From contig NZ_CP065936.1 of NCBI RefSeq assembly GCF_003367075.2, forward strand, positions 420,001 through 452,000: a DNA stretch of 32,000 nucleotides, read 5' to 3'. Of this stretch, positions 10,709 through 18,737 are shown one piece after another (position 1 is the stretch's first letter; the number at the start of each line of letters is the position of its first letter). Both the position numbers and the translations under genes were made by a program. The notes under the pieces were generated by a model, which did not search any database, was not told the origin of the DNA, and was given only the letters and a program-made list of their open reading frames with translations. The DNA comes from Cylindrospermopsis raciborskii Cr2010. Lineage in GTDB: Bacteria; Cyanobacteriota; Cyanobacteriia; Cyanobacteriales; Nostocaceae.

Positions 10709-11659
10709 ATGGGAGGTATAGATATGGTGAGGCAAGTTCCACCAAAAACTCAACTGGGGGTGGTAAAATCCAATAAAAATCAGCTTGGGGAGACGATCGC
10801 GTCTGAAATTGTCTACCCAGAAAGTGATGGTGAACCCATGGCGGATAATACTAGGCAATTCACATGGATTGTCAAAATAAAGGAGAATTTAGAAATACTA
10901 TTTAAGTATAATGCGGATGTGTTTGTAGCTGGGGACTTATTTTGGTATCCAGTGAAGGGTAGTAACAAAATTAAACTAGCTCCCGATACCATGGTGGTGT
11001 TTGGGAGACCCAAGGCACACCGGGGGTCTTATCGACAGTGGGAAGAAGATAATATTCCTCCCCAGGTGGTGTTTGAAATTTTATCTCCTGGTAATAGTCA
11101 AGATGAAATGGACAAAAAAAAGCTGTTTTATCTGAAACATGGAGTAGAAGAGTATTATGTGTATGACCCAGATAGGATTAGTCTAGAAGTATCTATTAGA
11201 GAAAATAATTCATTTAAAGAGATTAAGGATTTTAGTGTTTGGACTAGTCCAAGACTGAATGTACGGTTTGATATGACGGGAGATGAATTAGTCATCTACT
11301 ATCCAGATGGTGGTAGGTTTCTTAGTCCTGTAGAGTTGAGCAATTATGCAGAACAAGAAAATCAACGTGCAGAACGGGAAACTCAGCGTGCAGAACGGGA
11401 AAAACTGCTTAAAGAGCAGGAAACTCAGCGTGCAGAACGGGAAAAACTGCTTAAAGAGCAGGAAACTCAACGTGCAGAACGGGAAAAACTGCTTAAAGAA
11501 CAGGAAAAATTTCTGAAAGAGCAGGAAACTCAACGTGCAGAACAGGAAAGACTGCTTAAAGAACAGGAAAAATTTCTGAAAGAGCAGGAACAACTAAAAT
11601 ATCAAACCTTACTAGCACAATTAAAAGCTAAGGGTATTGATATCAGCACACTCGAATAA
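10709..11659 (+). CDS. Uma2 family (DUF820) protein, copy U3
   Basis: 316-aa ORF near-identical to U2, offset exactly 1318 bp from it. Confidence 0.9.
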   Translation: MGGIDMVRQVPPKTQLGVVKSNKNQLGETIASEIVYPESDGEPMADNTRQFTWIVKIKENLEILFKYNADVFVAGDLFWYPVKGSNKIKLAPDTMVVFGRPKAHRGSYRQWEEDNIPPQVVFEILSPGNSQDEMDKKKLFYLKHGVEEYYVYDPDRISLEVSIRENNSFKEIKDFSVWTSPRLNVRFDMTGDELVIYYPDGGRFLSPVELSNYAEQENQRAERETQRAEREKLLKEQETQRAEREKLLKEQETQRAEREKLLKEQEKFLKEQETQRAEQERLLKEQEKFLKEQEQLKYQTLLAQLKAKGIDISTLE

Positions 11660-11704
11660 ACTATTACCTGGACCAGAATACCCCCGTGAGAAGGGTTTTC
11701 TCAA

Positions 11705-11798
11705 CCTGAGATTTTTCTCTACTTAAAACAGTACGAAGTAAGTCGTCCATGGCAAGGGTTGCTGATTTTGCCCAGTCAGGGTTATAATGTGGGTGCCA
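11705..11798 (+). pseudogene. Rpn/DUF2887-like fragment after U3
   Basis: Same sequence as 10387-10480, offset 1318 bp. Confidence 0.45.
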
Positions 11799-12026
11799 AA
11801 AGTAAGGCGGCTTTATCTAACGGATTTGAGGGAAAGGCAAAACCTGAGTCCCAATTTGACCTTGTTACAGTTGTTAGGAACGAATGAGGAGGAGAGTGGG
11901 AAGATAGGTAACGACAGGAGAATTTCTACCGACGGTTTTTTCTGAATTTCCAGGTACATGGGGGTTTGGGACTGATAAGAAGCTATGTAATAGTAAATTA
12001 AACCGATTGAGTCAATACCAAAGTGA

Positions 12027-12935
12027 ATGGGAGGTATAGATATGGTGAGGCAAGTTCCACCAAAAACTCAACTGGGGGTGGTAAAATCCAATAAAAATCA
12101 GCTTGGGGAGACGATCGCGTCTGAAATTGTCTACCCAGAAAGTGATGGTGAACCCATGGCGGATAATACTAGGCAATTCACATGGATTGTCAAAATAAAG
12201 GAGAATTTAGAAATACTATTTAAGTATAATGCGGATGTGTTTGTAGCTGGGGACTTATTTTGGTATCCAGTGAAGGGTAGTAACAAAATTAAACTAGCTC
12301 CCGATACCATGGTGGTGTTTGGGAGACCCAAGGCACACCGGGGGTCTTATCGACAGTGGGAAGAAGATAATATTCCTCCCCAGGTGGTGTTTGAAATTTT
12401 ATCTCCTGGTAATAGTCAAGATGAAATGGACAAAAAAAAGCTGTTTTATCTGAAACATGGAGTAGAAGAGTATTATGTGTATGACCCAGATAGGATTAGT
12501 CTAGAAGTATCTATTAGGGAAAACAATTCATTTAAAGAGATTAAGGATTTTAGTGTTTGGACTAGTCCAAGACTGAATGTACGGTTTGATATGACGGGAG
12601 ATGAATTAGTCATCTATTATCCAGATGGTGGTAGGTTTCTTAGTCCTGTAGAGTTGAGCAATTATGCAGAACAAGAAAATCAACGTGCAGAACGGGAAAA
12701 ACTGCTTAAAGAGCAGGAAACTCAGCGTGCAGAACGGGAAAAACTGCTTAAAGAGCAGGAAACTCAACGTGCAGAACGGGAAAAACTGCTTAAAGAACAA
12801 GAAAGATTTCTGAAAGAGCAGGAAACTCAACGTGCAGAACAGGAAAGACTGCTTAAAGAGCAGGAACAACTAAAGTATCAAACCTTACTAGCACAATTAA
12901 AAGCTAAGGGTATTGATATCAGCACACTCGAATAA
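12027..12935 (+). CDS. Uma2 family (DUF820) protein, copy U4 (mosaic)
   Basis: 302-aa ORF. Its 5' part carries U2/U3 markers and its 3' part carries U1/U5 markers. Offset 1318 bp from U3. Confidence 0.9.
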   Translation: MGGIDMVRQVPPKTQLGVVKSNKNQLGETIASEIVYPESDGEPMADNTRQFTWIVKIKENLEILFKYNADVFVAGDLFWYPVKGSNKIKLAPDTMVVFGRPKAHRGSYRQWEEDNIPPQVVFEILSPGNSQDEMDKKKLFYLKHGVEEYYVYDPDRISLEVSIRENNSFKEIKDFSVWTSPRLNVRFDMTGDELVIYYPDGGRFLSPVELSNYAEQENQRAEREKLLKEQETQRAEREKLLKEQETQRAEREKLLKEQERFLKEQETQRAEQERLLKEQEQLKYQTLLAQLKAKGIDISTLE

Positions 12936-13065
12936 ACTATTACCTGGACCGGATACCCCCGTGAGAAGGGTTGCTGATTTTGCCCAGTCAGGGTTATAAT
13001 GTGGGTGCAAAGTTACCTTCCTTAAATTAGAAAACTGGATTTCATCCTGATGCAAAAGTTTTATT

Positions 13066-13244
13066 AAATTTAGTAGTCCACCTCCCTGACTTCCCTTTTC
13101 AAGACATCCACACCCACGGGAATACTTATGAGGAAGCAGCCAAACATGGTCAGCAAGTGATTGACAGTTATCTTCAGCTTTATCAAGAAAATAACCAACC
13201 TCTACCCCAGCCTAAAAACCTCTTGAAATATATTCAGGTAGCAT
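13066..13244 (+). pseudogene. 5'-truncated hicB, copy 2
   Basis: VVHLPDFPFQDIHTHGNTYEEAAKHGQQVIDSYLQLYQENNQPLPQPKNLLKYIQVA without the N-terminus and without full hicA. Confidence 0.85.
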
Positions 13245-13357
13245 AACCACTCTGGAAGATTGCCTTGACCAATATCTTTTAACCAAGAGCGATCGCCATC
13301 AGTTCAAGCGCGATATCACCAACACCGACAGCCTAGCTGCTGAGTTTGTCGCCTTTG

Positions 13358-13448
13358 ACAATTGCAGGTAAAGATGGTAAAGATGCTAAAATCTATTTAG
13401 AAAAACAACTTAAACAAAGACTCGCAAGACTAGAAGAATTGCAAGGAA
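13358..13448 (+). pseudogene. HicA C-terminal fragment, copy 2
   Basis: Identical to 6645-6735 (offset 6713). Confidence 0.8.
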
Positions 13449-13467
13449 CTGTTGCAAAATGCAGAAA

Positions 13468-13625
13468 CGGAGCCATATCCCGTTGGTCTGTTGGGTTTCG
13501 TGCCTCAACCCAACCTACGATTACCCACGACAAAACCAGTCGGGTACGGAGCCATATCCCGTTGGTCTGTTGGGTTTCGTGCCTCAACCCAACCTACGAT
13601 TACCCACGACAAAACCAGTCGGGTA
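13468..13625 (+). repeat. Two tandem 79-bp hairpin units, copy 2
   Basis: Identical to 6755-6912. Confidence 0.88.
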
Positions 13626-13899
13626 AGGGTTGGACATCACTATCCTTCCCTCCCCTAAGAACCGGACTTGACAGTTTCCTCCGGCTCAAGCCTTACTTCA
13701 AGCCTTTCAACTTGGGTTTTGAGTGTGCCTGTTTATGAGAGACTGAGTGCAAATACTTCAGGTTTTCTATGTCGTCCAGACCACCTTTTGCAACAGGTAC
13801 TATGTGGTGGGTTTCGATTCCATCTCCATTGAGTAGTGGTTCACCGCAGATGGGACATTTTGCTCTCGACCGTTTAGATTTTTGACTTCCACCCCTAGT
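13624..13899 (-). mobile_element. Group II intron 3'-end fragment, copy 2
   Basis: Identical to 6911-7186, with the same HNH frame and shortened domain V. Confidence 0.85.
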
Positions 13900-14014
13900 C
13901 TCTTACAGAGAGCTAACACTTTCTTTTTCGAGGGTTTGATAAGGAATTCCGTCACGGGTAATTCATTGGCGATCTCCCACAGGGAGTGCTTCCCAATCCC
14001 CCTTAACCGCACCC

Positions 14015-14187
14015 CTTGACTTATAGGAAAAACCTGATATTATATTTTCACGGGTTAAATAACCCTGCCACATACGAATAAAATATCAAGTAAACAATAA
14101 GGTGCTGAACTTTGACGGTCTACATGATCTCGGTTCGTACCAACCAGACTCATCCACCCAAGTAACTACAAGAGTCGAGTGGTAAGG
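14015..14187 (+). repeat. 173-nt element, copy E4
   Basis: Same as E2. Confidence 0.8.
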
Positions 14188-14207
14188 GGTCTTTGTCTCA
14201 ATTTTAG

Positions 14208-14410
14208 ACTACAATCAATAATTACCCACAGTTTGAGCAGCGGTTAAGTTTGATAGAGACTATACTAGCAAATAAGTTCCCAGACTTGACCAAGGAGATG
14301 ATTATGCAGTTGCAAGTCTCGTTTTTACCAAGAGATTCGGATGGAGGCCCTACAAGAGGGAGAACGGCGTGGGAGAGAAAAAGGAAGAGAGGAAAGACAG
14401 CGAACGAAGA
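14208..14410 (+). pseudogene. Rpn/DUF4351-like remnant, copy 2
   Basis: Same TTINNYPQFEQRLSLIETILANKFPDLTKE sequence. Confidence 0.45.
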
Positions 14411-14635
14411 GTAACGCGGCTTTATCTAACGGATTTGAGGGAAAGGCAAAACCTGAGTCCCAATTTGACCTTGTTACAGTTGTTAGGAACGAATGAGGAG
14501 GAGAGTGGGAAGATAGGTAACGACAGGAGAATTTCTACCGACGGTTTTTTCTGAATTTCCAGGTACATGGGGGTTTGGGACTGATAAGAAGCTATGTAAT
14601 AGTAAATTAAACCGATTGAGTCAATACCAAAGTGA

Positions 14636-15544
14636 ATGGGAGGTATAGATATGGTGAGGCAAGTTCCACCCAAAACTCAACTGGGGGTGATAAAATCTAA
14701 CATTAATCAGGTTGGGGAGACAATCGTCCCTGAAATTGTCTACCCAGAAAGTGATGGTGAACCCATGGCGGATAATACTAGGCAATTCACATGGATTGTC
14801 AAAATCAAGGAGAATTTAGAAATACTATTTAAGTGTAATGCGGATGTGTTTGTAGCTGGGGACTTATTTTGGTATCCAGTGAAGGGTAGTAACAAAATTA
14901 AACTAGCTCCCGATACCATGGTGGTGTTTGGGAGACCCAAGGGACACCGGGGGTCTTATCGACAGTGGGAGGAGGATAATATTCCTCCCCAGGTGGTGTT
15001 TGAAATTTTATCTCCTGGTAATACTCAAGATGAAATGGACAAAAAAAAGCTGTTTTATCTGAAACATGGAGTAGAAGAGTATTATGTGTATGACCCAGAT
15101 AGAATTAGTCTAGAAGTATCTATTAGGGAAAACAATTCATTTAAAGAGATTAAGGATTTTAGTGTTTGGACTAGTCCAAGACTGAATGTACGGTTTGATA
15201 TGACGGGAGATGAATTAGTCATCTATTATCCAGATGGTGGTAGGTTTCTTAGTCCTGTAGAGTTGAGCAATTATGCAGAACAAGAAAATCAACGTGCAGA
15301 ACGGGAAAAACTGCTTAAAGAGCAGGAAACTCAGCGTGCAGAACGGGAAAAACTGCTTAAAGAGCAGGAAACTCAACGTGCAGAACGGGAAAAACTGCTT
15401 AAAGAACAAGAAAGATTTCTGAAAGAGCAGGAAACTCAACGTGCAGAACAGGAAAGACTGCTTAAAGAGCAGGAACAACTAAAGTATCAAACCTTACTAG
15501 CACAATTAAAAGCTAAGGGTATTGATATCAGCACACTCGAATAA
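14636..15544 (+). CDS. Uma2 family (DUF820) protein, copy U5
   Basis: 302-aa ORF; subtype markers VPEIV/KCNADV as in U1. Confidence 0.9.
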   Translation: MGGIDMVRQVPPKTQLGVIKSNINQVGETIVPEIVYPESDGEPMADNTRQFTWIVKIKENLEILFKCNADVFVAGDLFWYPVKGSNKIKLAPDTMVVFGRPKGHRGSYRQWEEDNIPPQVVFEILSPGNTQDEMDKKKLFYLKHGVEEYYVYDPDRISLEVSIRENNSFKEIKDFSVWTSPRLNVRFDMTGDELVIYYPDGGRFLSPVELSNYAEQENQRAEREKLLKEQETQRAEREKLLKEQETQRAEREKLLKEQERFLKEQETQRAEQERLLKEQEQLKYQTLLAQLKAKGIDISTLE

Positions 15545-15674
15545 ACTATTACCTGGACCGGATACCCCCGTGAGAAGGGTTGCTGATTTTGCCCAGTCAG
15601 GGTTATAATGTGGGTGCAAAGTTACCTTCCTTAAATTAGAAAACTGGATTTCATCCTGATGCAAAAGTTTTATT

Positions 15675-15853
15675 AAATTTAGTAGTCCACCTCCCTGACT
15701 TCCCTTTTCAAGACATCCACACCCACGGGAATACTTATGAGGAAGCAGCCAAACATGGTCAGCAAGTGATTGACAGTTATCTTCAGCTTTATCAAGAAAA
15801 TAACCAACCTCTACCCCAGCCTAAAAACCTCTTGAAATATATTCAGGTAGCAT
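15675..15853 (+). pseudogene. 5'-truncated hicB, copy 3
   Basis: Same as 13066-13244, offset 2609 bp. Confidence 0.85.
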
Positions 15854-15966
15854 AACCACTCTGGAAGATTGCCTTGACCAATATCTTTTAACCAAGAGCG
15901 ATCGCCATCAGTTCAAGCGCGATATCACCAACACCGACAGCCTAGCTGCTGAGTTTGTCGCCTTTG

Positions 15967-16057
15967 ACAATTGCAGGTAAAGATGGTAAAGATGCTAAAA
16001 TCTATTTAGAAAAACAACTTAAACAAAGACTCGCAAGACTAGAAGAATTGCAAGGAA
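15967..16057 (+). pseudogene. HicA C-terminal fragment, copy 3
   Basis: Same as 13358-13448, offset 2609 bp. Confidence 0.8.
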
Positions 16058-16076
16058 CTGTTGCAAAATGCAGAAA

Positions 16077-16234
16077 CGGAGCCATATCCCGTTGGTCTGT
16101 TGGGTTTCGTGCCTCAACCCAACCTACGATTACCCACGACAAAACCAGTCGGGTACGGAGCCATATCCCGTTGGTCTGTTGGGTTTCGTGCCTCAACCCA
16201 ACCTACGATTACCCACGACAAAACCAGTCGGGTA
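16077..16234 (+). repeat. Two tandem 79-bp hairpin units, copy 3
   Basis: Same as 13468-13625, offset 2609 bp. Confidence 0.88.
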
Positions 16235-16508
16235 AGGGTTGGACATCACTATCCTTCCCTCCCCTAAGAACCGGACTTGACAGTTTCCTCCGGCTCAAGC
16301 CTTACTTCAAGCCTTTCAACTTGGGTTTTGAGTGTGCCTGTTTATGAGAGACTGAGTGCAAATACTTCAGGTTTTCTATGTCGTCCAGACCACCTTTTGC
16401 AACAGGTACTATGTGGTGGGTTTCGATTCCATCTCCATTGAGTAGTGGTTCACCGCAGATGGGACATTTTGCTCTCGACCGTTTAGATTTTTGACTTCCA
16501 CCCCTAGT
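16233..16508 (-). mobile_element. Group II intron 3'-end fragment, copy 3
   Basis: Same as copies 1 and 2. Confidence 0.85.
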
Positions 16509-16623
16509 CTCTTACAGAGAGCTAACACTTTCTTTTTCGAGGGTTTGATAAGGAATTCCGTCACGGGTAATTCATTGGCGATCTCCCACAGGGAGTGCTT
16601 CCCAATCCCCCTTAACCGCACCC

Positions 16624-16796
16624 CTTGACTTATAGGAAAAACCTGATATTATATTTTCACGGGTTAAATAACCCTGCCACATACGAATAAAATATCAAGT
16701 AAACAATAAGGTGCTGAACTTTGACGGTCTACATGATCTCGGTTCGTACCAACCAGACTCATCCACCCAAGTAACTACAAGAGTCGAGTGGTAAGG
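16624..16796 (+). repeat. 173-nt element, copy E5
   Basis: Same as E2/E4. Confidence 0.8.
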
Positions 16797-16816
16797 GGTC
16801 TTTGTCTCAATTTTAG

Positions 16817-17019
16817 ACTACAATCAATAATTACCCACAGTTTGAGCAGCGGTTAAGTTTGATAGAGACTATACTAGCAAATAAGTTCCCAGACTTGACC
16901 AAGGAGATGATTATGCAGTTGCAAGTCTCGTTTTTACCAAGAGATTCGGATGGAGGCCCTACAAGAGGGAGAACGGCGTGGGAGAGAAAAAGGAAGAGAG
17001 GAAAGACAGCGAACGAAGA
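16817..17019 (+). pseudogene. Rpn/DUF4351-like remnant, copy 3
   Basis: Same TTINNYPQFEQRLSLIETILANKFPDLTKE sequence. Confidence 0.45.
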
Positions 17020-17244
17020 GTAACGCGGCTTTATCTAACGGATTTGAGGGAAAGGCAAAACCTGAGTCCCAATTTGACCTTGTTACAGTTGTTAGGAACG
17101 AATGAGGAGGAGAGTGGGAAGATAGGTAACGACAGGAGAATTTCTACCGACGGTTTTTTCTGAATTTCCAGGTACATGGGGGTTTGGGACTGATAAGAAG
17201 CTATGTAATAGTAAATTAAACCGATTGAGTCAATACCAAAGTGA

Positions 17245-18132
17245 ATGGGAGGTATAGATATGGTGAGGCAAGTTCCACCCAAAACTCAACTGGGGGTGAT
17301 AAAATCTAACATTAATCAGGTTGGGGAGACAATCGTCCCTGAAATTGTCTACCCAGAAAGTGATGGTGAACCCATGGCGGATAATACTAGGCAATTCACA
17401 TGGATTGTCAAAATCAAGGAGAATTTAGAAATACTATTTAAGTGTAATGCGGATGTGTTTGTAGCTGGGGACTTATTTTGGTATCCAGTGAAGGGTAGTA
17501 ACAAAATTAAACTAGCTCCCGATACCATGGTGGTGTTTGGGAGACCCAAGGGACACCGGGGGTCTTATCGACAGTGGGAGGAGGATAATATTCCTCCCCA
17601 GGTGGTGTTTGAAATTTTATCTCCTGGTAATACTCAAGATGAAATGGACAAAAAAAAGCTGTTTTATCTGAAACATGGAGTAGAAGAGTATTATGTGTAT
17701 GACCCAGATAGAATTAGTTTAGAAGTATCTATTAGGGAAAATAATTCATTTAAAGAGATTAAGGATTTTAGTGTTTGGACTAGTCCAAGAATGAATGTAC
17801 GGTTTGATATGATGGGAGATGAATTAGTCATCTATTATCCAGATGGTGGTAGGTTTCTTAGTCCTGTAGAGTTGAGCAATTATGCAGAACAAGAAAATCA
17901 ACGTGCAGAACGGGAAAGACTGCTTAAAGAACAAGAAAGATTTCTGAAAGAGCAGGAAACTCGGCGTGCAGAAAAGGAAAGACTGCTTAAAGAACAAGAA
18001 AGATTTCTGAAAGAGCAAGAAACTCAACGTGCAGAACGGGAAAAACTGCTTAGAGAGCAGGAACAACTAAAGTATCAAACCTTACTAGCACAATTAAAAG
18101 CTAAGGGTATTGATATCAGCACACTCGAATAA
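17245..18132 (+). CDS. Uma2 family (DUF820) protein, copy U6
   Basis: 295-aa ORF. U1/U5 subtype in the core, with the most diverged tail (ETRRAEKERLL, REKLLREQEQ). Confidence 0.9.
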   Translation: MGGIDMVRQVPPKTQLGVIKSNINQVGETIVPEIVYPESDGEPMADNTRQFTWIVKIKENLEILFKCNADVFVAGDLFWYPVKGSNKIKLAPDTMVVFGRPKGHRGSYRQWEEDNIPPQVVFEILSPGNTQDEMDKKKLFYLKHGVEEYYVYDPDRISLEVSIRENNSFKEIKDFSVWTSPRMNVRFDMMGDELVIYYPDGGRFLSPVELSNYAEQENQRAERERLLKEQERFLKEQETRRAEKERLLKEQERFLKEQETQRAEREKLLREQEQLKYQTLLAQLKAKGIDISTLE

Positions 18133-18177
18133 ACTACTACCTGGACCGGAATACCCCCGTGAGAAGGGTCTTCTCAA

Positions 18178-18279
18178 CCTGAGATTTTTCTCTACTTAAA
18201 GCAGTACGAAGTAAGTCGTCCGTGGCAAGGTTTGCTGATCTTGCCCAGTCAGGGTTATAATGTGGGTGCGGAGTTACCT
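18178..18279 (+). pseudogene. Rpn/DUF2887-like fragment after U6
   Basis: PEIFLYLKQYEVSRPWQGLLILPSQGYNVGAELPLDV*. Confidence 0.45.
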
Positions 18280-18437
18280 TTAGATGTGTAATCGAACGAT
18301 ATAGCTGAATCTCCACCCTTAAATTAGAAAACTGGATTTCATCCTGATGCAAAAGTTTTATTCAATTTACCAGAGGTTACTAAAGAATGTAGCGAGATCC
18401 CTATGGGAGTGCTTCGCAATCGCCCTGAACCGCACTC

Positions 18438-18610
18438 CTTGACTTATACGAAAAACCTGATATTATGTTTTCACGGGTTAAATAACCCCGCCACATACGA
18501 ATAAAATATCAAGTAAACAATAAGGTACTGAGCTTTGACGGTCTACATGATCTCGGTTCGTACCAACCAGACTCGTAAACCCAAGTAGCTACAAGAGTCG
18601 ATTAGTAAGG
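18438..18610 (+). repeat. 173-nt element, copy E6
   Basis: CTTGACTTATACGAAAAACCTGATATTATGTTTTCACGGGTTAAATAACCCC...GAGTCGATTAGTAAGG. Confidence 0.8.
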
Positions 18611-18737
18611 ATTCTCTGTCTCAATTTTAGCCTAGCTGATCGCCCTATCCATCCAATTAATTCCCAATTTATATATTATATATAAATAAAACTAACATAA
18701 GCCTACCCTAAAACAATAGTTCACAAGAAATCCTAAT

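Noticed and set aside
7987-17549. Conserved antisense ORFs MGLPNTTMVSGASLILLLPFTGYQNKSPATNTSAL... in every Uma2 copy
   Set aside because: They are fully overlapped by the well-supported Uma2 gene and conserved only because the sense gene is duplicated.
8462-18066. Antisense ORFs such as MFLLFKQSFLFC... (8462-8725, 9970-10275, 11288-11593, 12606-12869, 15215-15478, 17824-18066)
   Set aside because: They are the low-complexity complement of the heptad repeat coding region. Cys/Phe/Leu-only translations track repeat number and have no independent support.
8529-18081. CRISPR-like array of 42-bp repeats
   Set aside because: The repeats are directly abutting, in frame and encode heptads. There are no spacers or cas genes.
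5236-18640. Retron, diversity-generating retroelement or CAST system in the repeat zone
   Set aside because: No retron-type RT, variable-repeat/template-repeat pair, Tn7-like transposition genes or Cas effector is visible. The only RT-related sequence consists of group II intron fragments.
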